From Lama glama (lineage: Eukaryota), in contig CM052816.1 in NCBI GenBank assembly GCA_028534125.1, forward strand, positions 67,086,001-67,150,000: a stretch of 64,000 bases of DNA, in the 5' to 3' direction. The position numbers and the translations under genes were made by a program. Under the pieces are notes generated by a model. The model made no database searches. It had not been told where the DNA came from and was given only the letters and a program-made list of their open reading frames with translations. Shown here one piece after another: positions 1 through 13,784 of this stretch (position 1 is the stretch's first letter; each line of letters opens with the position of its first letter).

Positions 1-359
1 ACTGACTGCATTAGAACATGCCACAGTGGCCTGATATATCAGCCAGTAGACTGAACATCCTTACATAGTAGAAATGAAAAGTTGCTGTAACCAAGCCCAT
101 GTTGAAGACAACCTTGAACACTGTGCACTGGAACACTGGCTACCCACTGCAGTTATCAGCTTTACAGCTGCTCAAGTTCTCCAATCCCCCCTTCTCAAAA
201 GTGGCTCTTCAGCGGTGTCCAGACTAATTCTGAGACCCTATCACACTTCTCCCTCAAGCCCTTCAGAAACATAATAATGTGAGAAGCCATGTCCAGCCTC
301 AATATGGGACCTGAAACGCACTTGTAAAGCAAACAGAAAGTACAATGTGTGGTCACACT

Positions 360-800
360 GCTGCTGCTTTAGGCTCATACTGACCAAGAGGCTTTGGTAC
401 CCATGGGAGGAATACTTTCTCAAGGGGACACAAATATGATTCTATTAAATTAGAAGTTGAGTAGACCACTTGCATATTTTGGGCTTCCCTAGTACTGGAA
501 TGATCAGTAAAATTTTTTTAAAGTTTGAATTTTTGATTTATACTGACTCTAGGAAGAATAGAATGACTATAAATAACACAATGCGGATATGAGAAGAATA
601 TGGGTGGAAACCAGAAGGGGACCTTTAATACTTACCTACAGTGAAAAAAAAAATGGTAGCCAATCCCAACAATACCACACTGGCTCTACCACCAGGGGTT
701 AGATCCTTATGGAATCAGGTTTCGTAAGTCAAAGAAATATTAAATGAGTAGTAGAGAAAAGAAATCATATCTATGACCCAGTGTTCTAAGTGTCTATCTG
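360..800 (+). mobile_element. ERVL-type internal fragment (3' of pol, dUTPase-like region), highly decayed
   Basis: ggggacacaaatatgattctattaaattagaagttgag...ttttgggcttcc...gaatatgggtggaa...gatccttatggaatcaggttt...gagtagtagagaaaag follows the remembered ERVL internal 3' consensus in order. Confidence 0.6.
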
Positions 801-999
801 TATTCTTTTCCTTCCTATATCAGACTTACTTTTATACATTTCCACAAACTTTCCTTTTCTTTCACAGTTTTATACAGAGCATGTTGGTGATAATTTTTCA
901 ATTTATTCCACTGATTACAGAATATGGACACATGATTGTGACAGAAGCAAAGGAAGACTGGGCATTTCTCAGGATCCTAAACTAGAAGCTAAATGCCTC

Positions 1000-1545
1000 A
1001 ACTGATGAGGTCCTGGGTTTCCTCATTTTGAAGAAGTACCTGTGCCTTGGCTGTCAAGGGTTATCTTTCATGTGAAAGGCTGGACCCAATGTTTGCATAC
1101 GAAACTATGTATGAAGGCTACCCAAAGGGGTGGAATAAGTGAGTAAAAACTTGTTATATTTTTTGGCCATCACATATTCTTATGTTTGGGGAATTCTCTA
1201 CTGTAAGTTTTTGGAAGATGCAGGGCCTGCCTTTCACTATAGAAACTCAAAGAATTCACCCTGGACTTTGAATTGAGAGTTAGAGACACATAGAAGAGAG
1301 GACAAAGAGGATGAAAGATTGAGTATTGCCCATTCTGATGGTTGCCACAGGCACAAACTATAGTACTTAGCATCCGGTGGAGATGGCAGAAATTATGCCA
1401 GGTGGTTTGGGGTTATGTTTAGGTTGCCTCTGAACCCAGTTCTCCAGACTTCTTTATGATTATGTAAAATACCCTATTATCTTTTTGTAAATCTACTTTC
1501 TGCTGAAATCTACTGGAATCCATTTCTGTTGAAAACAAAAGATCT
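1000..1545 (+). mobile_element. ERVL-class LTR remnant
   Basis: Lies directly after the ERVL internal piece. The 3' end (...gtaaatctactttctgctgaaatctactggaatccatttctgttg) resembles LTR33/LTR16-class termini. Confidence 0.35.
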
Positions 1546-2529
1546 ATCTTGTCATTCTCCTCAGTCTCAGCAAGACTCTACTTTATTTGAAATCTGACTT
1601 GGGTAATTTGTTCCATGCCTTACTTCCTAGAGACTAAGCATCTATTTTCTGGTTCCCGTGGGTTTTAATATCACTGATGATGGAATTGCCATTCTCCTTC
1701 CCCACATAATTCTTTCCCCAAATAATGCCCTAAAAATAATCCTGATTATATTTCAATTGGAAAAGAATCATAGCATACAGTAACACTGAACTTACATGCT
1801 TCACTCAAGTTTTGAGTTTGTTTTGTTAATGACAGATGTTGGGGATCCTTCAGTGAAAGAACTATGCAGCATGTTATGAAATACATTAGTTACTGACAAT
1901 GTAATAGTAACATCTCTTAAAGAAATTAAACAAGTAAAATTCAATTTCAGAGTAAAGAGTGGGTCTTAGCCTGGAACAATGCAGTATCAAATTTACTTCA
2001 TGTAATAAATGGTACATTAAGAACAATACTTATATATAGATTTTTAAAGCTTTTTTATGTGTTATGATGAATGTTGATATGTTAAGTTAAAAGGCTATAA
2101 GTCAGTATGCAACCTGGATGAACATCCAGCTTTTATATAAAAGCAAATTTTCTGGATAGTTAAGGTTATCCCTTTAACGATCCAACACACTTTAACTCTT
2201 TTTGATGAAAAAACAATCTTTTAAAAATCTATTATGGCAACTTTCCTGCCTTTTTAATAAGATTACATAACACAGAACATAAACTTTCCTTTATTAAAAG
2301 GATCATGTTTATGAACATCAATTATTAAACCATGTTAAAGGGCTATTAAGGGCTAAGACATACAAAGTTGTTTGCTCCAAGTTGCTGAACTTCCTTTACT
2401 TCACTTTAATGCCTTGCCCCTGATGATGCAGTCCCTGCCTATATCTGAAAGCCCCTTCCAGACCACCCTTTCTCCTGCTCACTATGCTCTGAGCACTTTC
2501 TCTAAGCTCTTTCACACCCTACACACCCC

Positions 2530-2712
2530 CTTTGCTGCTTCCTCTGCTAAAACTCTCTTCTTCCCAGGTTTCACCTGGTAACTTCTGCTCATCCTGCAGG
2601 TCTCACCCGAAATGTTATTTCCTCAGAAAACATTTCCCTCCCCCGGAGCCTAGCACAGTGTACTGCAGGCAGTAGACTGTAGTAGTAAATGTTTATGGAA
2701 TTAATGAATAAA
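2530..2712 (+). mobile_element. L2 3' fragment
   Basis: cctagcacagtg...agtaaatgtttatggaattaatgaataaa is a typical L2 3' end. Confidence 0.55.
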
Positions 2713-3410
2713 ATATTGAAAAAGTATGTTCCACAAACATTCTAGAATAAGAATACAACAGAGTTTTTTAATTTTGTTTTGGTAGCAGCATTTGAAATCT
2801 AAGTATTTCTAAAAATTAAAATGAATACCCACGGAATAGATTTCATAGGAAAAGTGTAAAGTAAATAGAAAATACAGTAGTGATCAATTAAACAATGTAT
2901 ATGTAGACATCCAGGTTCCTTTTTTATCCCCTACTGTCAAGATAACATACTGACTTAAACCGCTGTGCAGAAATCATCCAGAGAAAAGGAAATGAATAAT
3001 CAAATGTGCTTCTTCCTTTGGGTGCTTTTATAGGTCTTAGAGATTATCTGTGGGTATCAGAAGCCATGATATCCCCTATCTCCCATTTCCATAGAATTTT
3101 TATTCTAATATTTATTCTAAAAAGGGAGAGAAAACATGTAATATTAGAAGACTGTGATATCCAAGTGCAACAGAGTAATACTAAACAGATGGCAAAATTT
3201 GGGGATATTTATGGTGCAATATGTTAGAGCCAAGAAAACATGGTCCTAGTCTCATTTTTTTCTAATTTCTAACTTTCTAATTCTATGATCCATGTTCATT
3301 TCCTCAAAAATCATTTCTTAAAGCACCTATACATGCATAGCATAGAGTATGAAGAGTGTGTGTATTTGTTTGTGTGTAGGGAGTGAGGCAGATACCGTGG
3401 GAGAAATCAT

Positions 3411-3464
3411 GTATATATGTATGTATGTATATGTGTGTGTGTGTGTGTGTATACACACACACAC
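3411..3464. repeat. (TATG)n(TG)n-TA-(CA)n compound microsatellite
   Basis: Seen directly. The (GT)n run and the (AC)n run form an inverted repeat. Confidence 0.95.
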
Positions 3465-4129
3465 GGAAGAGTCTTGTCCCTTAAGTAGTTAATAACCGTT
3501 CTGGAAAACTTGAAGCAATCATAGAAAAAGCAGGCACATAAACAAAAGCTAAATTGTGCTGTTCTGACTCTAAGTGAAGCAGGAGTTCAAAGAAGGGAGA
3601 AATGATTGTGGGCTGGGGTTTCTTTGGAAACGTCTTTGTTGAGGGGTGGGCAGCTCAAGAATATGTCAAATATTGTTGCAAAGGATTGAAGATATTCACA
3701 TAACTTTTCACTAAAAAATAAATCCCCTCTTCCTAAGAGGTTAAATTCTTTTTCCAATCAAGCAGCTTCTCGAAGCATACAAGAATTCCGGAAGGAGGAA
3801 GGCACTTGTCTAGCCAGGCAATTAAGTGGAATTCAGCCTGGGGATGAATGAGTTACAGATGTCACTGCAGCTCCTCTTCATGTGCATCCACTGAGTGTGG
3901 ACTTGATAGAAGTCAGTGCCTTGTGTGAAAAGAGCAGTGAGGAGGCTGGCCAGTCTGGAATAGAGAGTTGTGTTGGGGGACAGTGAAGAGATGATTGGAA
4001 AACCATATGACAGCATGAATTTGATCTGATTAAATCAAAACAGAAGCCAAAATAGAGAGAGAGAGAATAGACTGACTCCAAGGCTGAAGCAACAAAAGTA
4101 CAAGATGAGCCCTGAACTTGTCGTACTAC

Positions 4130-4797
4130 GAAGTGGGCAACTGCTCAAAAAATGATGAGGTTGTGTCAGACACATCCAGGAGCCAGACTGAAATATTCTG
4201 GAAGAATCTGAACATCAAAAAAAGTAATACTGTTAGAAATGGATTACAACTATCTGAATGAAACAAAACTCCTGAGCCTATGCTGCTACAAATAAACCAA
4301 TGAATAAAAAAAAATATGTAGGAAAGAGAAAGTTCTTCCTTACAGCATAATGTCAACAAATAAACACAGAAAATGTGATGAAGCTAGCAAATCATTAATG
4401 AACAGAATTAGGGGATGAAAGTTTGATAAAAAAGGATATTTATATAGTTTCAAAGTGTTCTCTACAATTACTGATTAATTACAAAAAGGAAAACAGTAAC
4501 TTGATCAAGGAAAAATCTCAAAGACATTTCACCTCATCTAAGGAGTTGAAACGATCACCAATATGGGGACACTTGAACATTTTGTGATTCTTGAAATGAT
4601 GTACAGAAAGGACACAACATCTTTTCAGTGATATTCGTGCCAAAAGTGCACTATGTAAAAAAAAAAAAAGTGCACTACGTGATTACACCCTGAGCAAACG
4701 TCAGACAGAACTGTTTCAGGTAAAAGGAGCCTAAAGAGACATGAGGACTAGATGCTACACATGATACTGAACTGGATTCCAAAATAGGAAAAAAAGC
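4130..4797 (+). mobile_element. Old L1 (L1MC-type) 3'UTR fragment, copy 1
   Basis: ggatatttatatagtttcaaagtg...aattacaaaaaggaaaacagtaacttga...tgccaaaagtg motifs, collinear with 6340-6720. Confidence 0.7.
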
Positions 4798-4799
4798 CA

Positions 4800-7100
4800 A
4801 CAAATTTTAAGTATACTAACACCCTCCATTGGCAAAGCTGCAGAGAAGCAAGCTCTCTCCTACATTGCTGGTTGGAATGAAAATTGGTACTATCCTTATG
4901 TAGCAGAATTGGGCAATATCTAACACAACTATACATGTGTTCTCTTGGAATATAGAATTCCCACTTTAAATTTATCCTACAGATACACCTCCAACAATTT
5001 AAAAATACATGTACACAAGAATATTCCTTGCAGCATTGTTTGCTACCACAAAATATTGGAAGCAACATGTCCAATTTGTTTGGACAACAAATGAGATTAG
5101 CTGAGTAAGCTGTGTTACATCTACACAGTGGAGGACAAAGCAGCTCTACAAGGAATGAAGCAGAGCTCTATGAAGAGAGTGCAAAAAGGACTCCTTTTTA
5201 TCAAGAAATAAAGGGGGATAAGTTATCTGTGCAAAAAATAACAAAGGGAGGAGAAGTCAGAGACTGGTGTGATTAGTTCTGCACAGAAGGTGGGTGAGGA
5301 TCGAGTGGAGGGATGGGGGGACAATGACCCTTCTTTGTGCATACTTTTTGGTATCATTCTGATTTTTGGAACAATGTTAGTATTTTCCATAGTTGTAGTT
5401 GAAAAGGGAAAAGAATAAAATCAGAAAGGATAGAGAAGAGAACTCTAAAATAGAGTTCTAAGACAAAACAAACCGTATTTCAAACGAATAACCTAACCAC
5501 ACTGAACTAACCTGAGTAACTTTTGCATACAGGATTTAGATAAAATGCCCTCAGGCTAAAGAAAAATTTGAAACAAATATTGAACTCTGCTTAGAAGGAT
5601 TCTCTTCAGGAGTATGGGTTAGCAATTCTGAAACGATTAGCTTTGTGTTCTAGGACTGGAAAAGAATTCATCATATTGTTGCTAATGTGTAACAGGCTTC
5701 TCTGTTGGAAAGGGGAGTTACAAATATGAAAAGGGACAAAAGCTAGGATGAAAGAAAAGGAGAAAAGGTGAACAAACCCTGCAGTATTGTACTGGAAATG
5801 GAGATATCAATGTAAAGTCACGGGTTATACGTATAAATAGGAGAGAGACAGGCAGATAGACACAGGCGAAACCGATATAAAAATAGATATAAATATGTGA
5901 AAGGGTCCAGAAGTGATTATGCTCTAGTAGAAATGAGCCCGTTTCTTTAGATAAATGGCTAATTCCAAGGCTGAGGCAGGCACATTACAAAATGAACTTG
6001 AAACATCTTGTTCCACCAGAAAGTAAAGAACTAAAAGAAACACAAGGACAGACCAAAAGGATACAGGAGTCAGTGTGAAAGACTCTCACCTGCCAAAGCT
6101 GACATAATTTGGATATAAAAAGAAATAATAGTAAATTATTAAAACCCATTGAATAAAGCAATAATCCGTGTGTTCATCTGGATAAACAAACTAATGGGAG
6201 AAAGCAAATCTCTTCTTTAGGGTAAAAAGGCAGTTAATAAATGTGGAAGAAATTGGAAAATTGGAAAAGCATTATTTAGCAATTGAAATAATAACTGATT
6301 CAGCCTAGAAACTCCAGAGAATGCTAAATTTTGAGAAGTAACAGGATATTTACATAGGTTCAAAGTATCTCCCTAGAGATAGTTATCAATTACAAAAGGG
6401 AAAGTCATAACTTGACAGTGGAGAAACCTGGCAGACAGCACTTTAACTAAGTTATCAAAGTTAACGTTGGCAGCAATGGGACAAGTCAATATCATGTACC
6501 TCCAGATATGGTGCATTGAGAACAAAACATTATTTCTGTAGTGTTCCTGCCAAAAGTGTAAAACCTCAGTCTAATCACAAGGAAACACCAGCAAATCCAA
6601 ATAAAGGAACAATTTACAAAATACTTCGCCTATATGTTCTAGAAAATTAAAAAAAAATAAACTAGTTCAGGTTAAAAGGAGCCAAGGGATGTAACAACTG
6701 AATGCCACACATGACCCTGGATTTTCTTTTGCTAGAAAGAACATTACTGGGATAATTGGCAAAATCTGAATCAGGCCTGCAGATTATATAATAATGTATT
6801 AATGTTTAATGTTCTGATTTTGATAATTATGTTGTGGTTAGGGAAAGTGTTGTCATTTTTTTAAATAAAACACATAGGCTAAACTGGTTAGGGGTAAGGA
6901 AATACCATATCTGCATCTTACTGGTGAACAGTTCAGAAAAAAAGCATATATACAGAGATGATGGATGATGATGAACATACAGATAGATAAAAAGATAAAT
7001 GTTGACACTTAGAGAATCTAGATGAAGAGTATATGACAATTCTTTGAACTATTCTCACAACTTCTCTGTAAATCTGAAAATACATCAAAAAATGTTTTAA
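4800..7100 (+). mobile_element. Old L1 (L1MC-type): ORF2 3' end plus long 3'UTR
   Basis: cattgctggttggaatgaaaattggtac...aattcccact...cagcattgttt (ORF2 end), then 3'UTR ending ttctttgaactattctcacaacttctctgtaaatctgaaaatacatcaaaaaatg. Confidence 0.75.
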
Positions 7101-7559
7101 TTCAGCTTGGCTGGAAGACAAGGGCACACATGCAGAGAGATGGCTACCTCTGTCACCTCTGCTACCTAGAGAAGGGTTTCCCACAGCCCCACTGGCCTCA
7201 CTCCCACTCCAGTGCATTAGCAAAGACAGGACAGGGAGTCCGCTAATTTAATATTGACTCAGCTCCTAACTAACTATGATCCTTGGGCAAGCCATTTATC
7301 ATCTCTGGGCTTCAGAGTTTTGATGTGAAAGAAGGTTTATACAAGATGACCTCTCAGCCAAGTATCAAGTATTCTTGTAAGTGTACTAAGTTCTGGAACT
7401 GCAGTAGTGAGCAAAACATCTGCTCTCATGGAAGTAAGCCTAATGCAAAAAAAAAAAAAGATCTCAAACAAGTTATTTAGGTATATAAAATTCTGGAAGA
7501 GATAATATCCATAAAACATAAACCAGAGATCTGGGAACATAAATCAAAGGGATCTGAGC

Positions 7560-7830
7560 TTTAGGAGATCAGGCAATGTTTCCCTAAGCAAGTCATACAC
7601 TTAAGCTGAGACCTGAATGCAGGGGAGGGGCTAGCTGGTGGAAAGAACAGTTGGGGTGAAGAGCAAAATAAACAGTGTGTGCAAGATTCGAGGGAGGAAA
7701 CTGCTTGGCATCTCCAAGGAAGTGAAAGAAATCCACATGTATAAGGACTAGTGAGAGAGGTCTCAGGTTAGAGGTGCAAGACTGGATGGAGAGGTGGGGG
7801 ACCATGCAGAGTGGTGAGTGCTACCTCAGG
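7560..7830 (-). mobile_element. L2 fragment
   Basis: cttaagctgagacctgaatg...aacagtgtgtgcaagattcgaggg...aggaagtgaaagaaatcca pattern of antisense L2. Confidence 0.5.
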
Positions 7831-9769
7831 AATATTAAAATATCTTCCTAATCTATGATTCCATTCAAAAGATATTTATATACAGATGTTTGACTTTAAA
7901 AAGGAATACCAATTCCGTAAGTCCACCATTACCATATGGCTCAAGACTTGAGTCTCTGGTTCATCACAGTTACTCAGACATAGTTGCTGAATTTCAAATA
8001 TAGTCATTATCCTATGGATTTCTGGTCTAACAAGTACATCCGATAAAAGCTTGCATATCACAGAGGGCCTGGAAGTTATAATAAAATTACTATCCTCTCC
8101 ATTACAGACTGGCACAAACAAATCCTGACACTGACACAGACGTTTGGCAGTCTCTGACAAAGAGGGAAACAGTCCTCAGAATAGGATGCCCCATGGCTGC
8201 AAAATCACTTGCATGTGTAGCTGACTAAGCTCTGAAATGAACACTAAGTAACTGTCCCTTGGCTGGAAGACTGACAATACTGTCTAATATCCTCTGTCTA
8301 TAAATTAGAAATGTAGATAATAAGCTCATGGAGAGTTATAATATATTAAAATTTCCAAAACTTCTCTGGCACAATAAACTTTGTTCCCTTTGGGGCTTAT
8401 ATTACCTTGATTGTAAGAGAAGATCATATGTCCAGCATGAAGGGTCAGTAAGAAATTTATGCTCTTTTAAAATAGGGATAAAAGTGGGTCAACAGCTCCA
8501 AACCAGCCTAGGTTAAAACTATCAGGCTCTACGGCTTTTCACAAGAGCCTGTGTCTGGATTTTTCTCTTCTGCAAAAGTCAGTGAGGCTGCTAATCAAAT
8601 CTGCTGTTGTGCTCCATCAGGGCAAAGTCATAGCACAAAGCTCGCTCACAGTGCCCACTTTCTTATCAAAAGTCAGTGACTATGTGCACGGCCTGAAAGA
8701 CAATTTCATGTGGATTACAGCAAGGACCGACACTTCTGCAAACCAGGCTCACTGGCTGTGCTTTATATAGCACCCAATATGGCTGAATGCTGAGGGGACC
8801 TAATAAAAATGGTGTAGGATAGTCCTCTGGCTCAAGGGTCATGTCAAATGGACACTGATCCTTGGGTAATGGGAGAAAAAAATATAGCTGCTCCTGGCAC
8901 ACCTCCCCAGAGCTAGATAGGAAATAAGAGCAGAATCACCATGTATCAGACTTGTGTCTGGTTATTCCTGCATGCCCTGCATAGAATCTAGAGCAATCAT
9001 TGAGCTCCAGACTCTAAGAGCTAGGAATCCAACCTAGCTCTTGACAGCAACTTTACCAAATACTATCTCTGATCAAAGTCCAATTTCCTTGGTTTTAGTG
9101 CATCTAAAACTATCTACAATCTGGCTTCAGTGTCATTTTCCAGTGCTAATTCCTCACCATCCTTTAACTAAATTAAGTGCACTTTCTCTGTCCTGTTTCT
9201 CAGCATCCCTGCTCCTTTGGTATGAGATGCCCTTCTCTCATCTTGACGTGACCTAACTCATTCCCAGCATCCAGGAGAAAAGCACCTCATCTACAAAGCC
9301 TCTTCCTAATGCCCATCCCTACTCCTCCACAGCTTCTGCAATCCCTTAGCTCTCCTCATTCTACCCTTAATTTTTATTATTTTATGTCCAGATACTAGGT
9401 TAGCATGACTGCCTTTAACCATCACAAAATTATCTCTACTTTCGTGAAAGAGAAAACTGAAGCAAAGGAAAGTGAGAAGTCTTCCCCAAGCTAAATTACT
9501 CACATTGGCAGCATAAAACATAACACATAATTACACTTTGGAAAAGGTATGCCTTTCAAATGCAATATTTTCAATAAATGAAAAATTGATAGCACAATGT
9601 AGGGAGGACTGCTTGAGTATTTCTAACCTACTCCAGAAGTCAGCAGCATGATAAATATGCTTCAGTGGAGGAGAGCTAGCACATTCATTATTTCCCAAGT
9701 ATAACATAATTTGTACATTTATAGGATTTCTTACGTTATAAGCAAAGCAAGAAGCTTGTCAAAGAAGAT

Positions 9770-10655
9770 CTGAAGGGGATGCCTAAGTGGTTTTATTATT
9801 TAGAAAAATAAGTGATGCTACCACGATGAATCTGAACTCTATGAAACCAAGGTCAAAATTTCTCAATATGTTTTTCTTCCTTATCTTTGAACTAGCAGGA
9901 AGGCAGTCTTTCCAGAACATGGACAAAGGCCATCTCTCTGATCTCAACATCCCCAAACCATTTTCTACAAACACAACTAATTACTGAGCTGAAGAAAAAT
10001 CATCTGGAGAAAACTGGCAACAGAGATGATGTCCTATGGAAGGAAACGCAAAGTCAGCACCACAGACCTCTCTGATAGAGAGAACTTGATGCTAATGAGC
10101 TCAGGAAACAGCCAGGACTGATATGGTACAGCCACACTTTGGCTGAGAAAACCAGGGCAATCTCTAAAATCATACAAGAAAAATGCACGATGAAGTCCTC
10201 ATCTCCTCCTGCCATTGCCTGGCAGGCCTGGAGTACGCCTCCCAGAGCCAGTCTGGCATCTAAGCTTGGGTTTCCCTGAAAACAGACAAACCAGGACTGG
10301 CACTCAGGAAATCCCACCCCTAAAGTGGGCCAAGCTGAGAGCAGTTCTTTAGAACAATGTGGGTAAATGATGAGGACAAAGAAGAAGAAAGATAAAATCT
10401 TAATTCTGAATTGCTAAGTGGGGAAGATTCCTGTTTAATATGGAGGCAATTTGAGGCTCTGTGACTATTCAGCTGTATCAGATGTGGGGTGCAATCTGAC
10501 CCTCGCTCAAACCGCTGCAGTAATAAATAGCACAGGAGGTAATTCCTTCTGCTTCATCCAAGTTAAGTCTCACTAGCCTGGCTACGTCCAGCTGGGGAAG
10601 GGAGAACATCCTCTGAGCTGAGGACATCGGACACATCGGAATTCTCTGATAGGTC
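9770..10655 (-). other. Possible terminal exon of an unannotated minus-strand transcript
   Basis: Acceptor tttctggtattcag ending at 10656 (weak pyrimidine tract). AATAAA on the minus strand at 9792-9797. Confidence 0.2.
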
Positions 10656-12194
10656 CTGAATACCAGAAATTGTTCTTTTTTCATAAGAAGAAATTACACA
10701 TAAGAGAGTTTTTTGTGAGCTTTTCTCTTCATGTTATCACCTGGGGTGGGATACTGCCTGATCGTCACTGCTGATGTTTGGTGTCCAGCCCTGCCATGCA
10801 GTAGAGACATCCTTTTGCCAATACCTCCTGAGTCAAAGATTCACCCTTCTCAGAGAGGTTGACAAATGGAGTTGTAGAGAAAAGTGAGTGCTCTCAGGGT
10901 TCCTCCTGAAGCTGCAGCTATCTCCAGACAATTATTTACATATGGCATGAGTCGACCTGGGGCCCTGTGTTTTAGCATCAGTACTGTTTCTCCATTCTAA
11001 GCAGACCAAGAACCATTCTATCCTCTCTAATTTTTATGAGATCTCTACAACCTACTCAGCCACACTCTTCTTGCTAAAACTGACCTAACGGAGTATACCC
11101 AGCATTTCTGAGCAACCTCCCAAGAGTCTATGATTATGCCACCAAATTATGATTAAAGCCTCCTCCCAGTTATGCCTTCTAAGTATAAAGTTGGTTGTTT
11201 AGGTAGAGCATGCCCCTTCAAAGGAGAACCTTTAGAAATTATTAACCAAGCCCATTAACTCCCTTTATAGTCTGCAAAATAAAGTCTCTGGAGAATAAAG
11301 CATAAGTAAACTAAGAGTAGGACATATTGGACTCCCCCTGCAAAACTGTTCTCTTTTGAGCTGCTGTGAATGTGAAAATTGCTTAGAACATGTTTTATCT
11401 TGGAGATACACAAAGGAAAGTGAGATATAAGTGCCTGTGAACTCTTTCAGATTAGATGCCATGATTTTGTCAGATCTCTAGTGTCAAGTACAGTGCATGG
11501 CACACATAAAACAAATAATGAATGTTAGAGTCTGTTCTGTTTACAAGAAAAATAAAAGAGAATGTGTGAAATACCATGTTTTAGAAATACTGTGAGTTAA
11601 AAAACTGAATCAGTTTTAGAACACGAAGGTTGTTTTGAATGCTATTGTACATAGACCAGTTTTAGGAAGAGCTAGGCCCAGATAATAAAGGAGAGTGGAT
11701 TATTAAACCAGAGTGACCAATCAGAAGGGCTTAATTACAGAGGGGTCAGAGAATTATGAGTGGCCTCCTAAGTGTCTAAGCAGTACTCATGAAGATGAAA
11801 GGACTCATGAAGTTGGTAAACCACCAATAAATTTATACATACGAGTAGAACAACCAAGGTATCAACCAAACCCTATCCAATATCCAAGAATTAATGAAAA
11901 ATCTAAGACATTCAGACATGTGAAAGACTATAACAAGAAGGGGGCCTCTGAAAGAGCATTTTTAAAGAAAAAGAAAATGGCACAAATTGAAGCCTAGGCA
12001 GTCTCAAAATTAACTATAACAATATAAGGAGAACTGATGTGGCATATTTGAGTGTAAATGTTATTATACTTTTTGATATGCTTAATTACTGAACTAAACC
12101 TGTTGCCCTTTTGTCCCATGCCTTCTCTTAGATTCAGTGTTACTAAAGCAAGCTCTTGCGTTTCTCCTTTGGATTTGATTTGACTTTGACAAAG

Positions 12195-12346
12195 GCTGGG
12201 TTTTTTTTTTTTTAATTGAAGCATAATTGATTTACAATGCTGTGTTAGTTTCTGGTGTACAGCATATAGTGATTCAGTTATACATTTATACATATTCTTT
12301 TTCATATTCTTTTTCATTATAGGTTATTTCAAGATACTGAATATTG
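12195..12346 (-). mobile_element. 5'-truncated young L1 3' end with TSD
   Basis: Poly-T followed by aattgaagcataattgatttacaatgctgtgttagtttctggtgtacagc. TSD tgactttg[a/c]caaag at 12181-12194 and 12347-12360. Confidence 0.9.
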
Positions 12347-13784
12347 TGACTTTGCCAAAGTTTTTAAGTGCGCCAGAGATGTAACTTATTTTCAGAGATA
12401 GTTCCCTATCCTAGTAAGCATAATTTAAAACTTCCCCAACTAGATATTGGGGAAAATCGTTTATAAATCCATTTAATTAAAGAAAGTAAAAGACCACACA
12501 GTAAGGAACCGTTCTCACCAATTTTTCATCTAAGTATGTTTTTAAAGCTGGTCTCAAAACCGCCAAAACACTAGGCTAACTCCTAAAACACTGCACAAAC
12601 ACAAGGCAGACCAGAGCCATAAATAACAGAGGGCCATCAGACAACTTACATGACCTATGGAGCTAAAGGACAAGACCCACTGATAAGAGACACAAATGTG
12701 CTCTTATCTTAGTTCCCTGGAAGTCTTCTGACAGGATGAATTGCAAGTTTTTATTCTGACCCCCAGAAGAATAAGAACCACAAGAAATTATGTCAGCAAC
12801 AGAGCACAAGGATTCTTTGAAAGCTCAGGAGTAATCTGTATGTTTACTCTTTTCTCATTTCAAAGAGAACCACATGTCATTTACAGGAAAACTTTCTTTT
12901 TTTTTTTAAGAAAAGTAACCATGAGAACAAACGTGGCTACCTCACTCATTGCAATTCTTGGCAAATAATATTTGATATAAATACTCAAAGCCAATACAGA
13001 GACATTTATCAGCAAAAAATACATTTCTCATTTCAATCCAAATTCCATTTATCTTCTAAATCCCCTAGGAGTTCTGTGGAAATGATTCTTATTAACAAAA
13101 TTTGACAGAGAAAGGGAGATTCCATATGGCAAATGAGCTGAAGTGCTACTTCAACGTTACTGAGTAAATTACTAGCGAAAATATATCTAAGACGCATGAT
13201 TCTTAACTCTTATATCTAATTCTTTGACTATCAGAATTTGAATTAATAGAACCCAAAATAAATTAAAATCCTGATAATTAAAAATTTCAAAGCTAGGTAA
13301 AGAAATGAGAATGATTTCCAAGCAATAACAAAGGTTTAAGTGATTGGGAAACTATAATTTATTTAAAGTTGGGTATACAATCATTATTAATTTAAAGAAC
13401 CAAGTTATCTTTAAAAGGGCACTGTCGTCCCACCCCACCTCCACCCACCACAATAGTAATCTGTATAGCTAAGAGGTACTGTGCTTTTAGGTGTGTACTT
13501 GGATATGAGTGTATTTTTAAAAATCTAATAGATAAATAACGGATGACAGAGTTACAAAAACTGAGCAGAATTTCAGAGACTTCAATAAGCATTCTGTTTT
13601 TCTTCCAACATTACCCACCACGTATCCCCTAGACATCAACAGAAATGATGGGTACATTCATATTCAAACTCAGAAGATAGCCCTGGATAAAGATGTCAAG
13701 AACAAATTTCAAAAACTATCAATTACTGAAAAGAAAACGGATACAATGCCATTATAGATTGGGCTCTGCTGGTCAGTTACTTAC

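Noticed and set aside
5439..5459. Inverted repeat agaactcta-aaa-tagagttct
   Set aside because: Short, isolated and inside an old L1 3'UTR. Consistent with chance.
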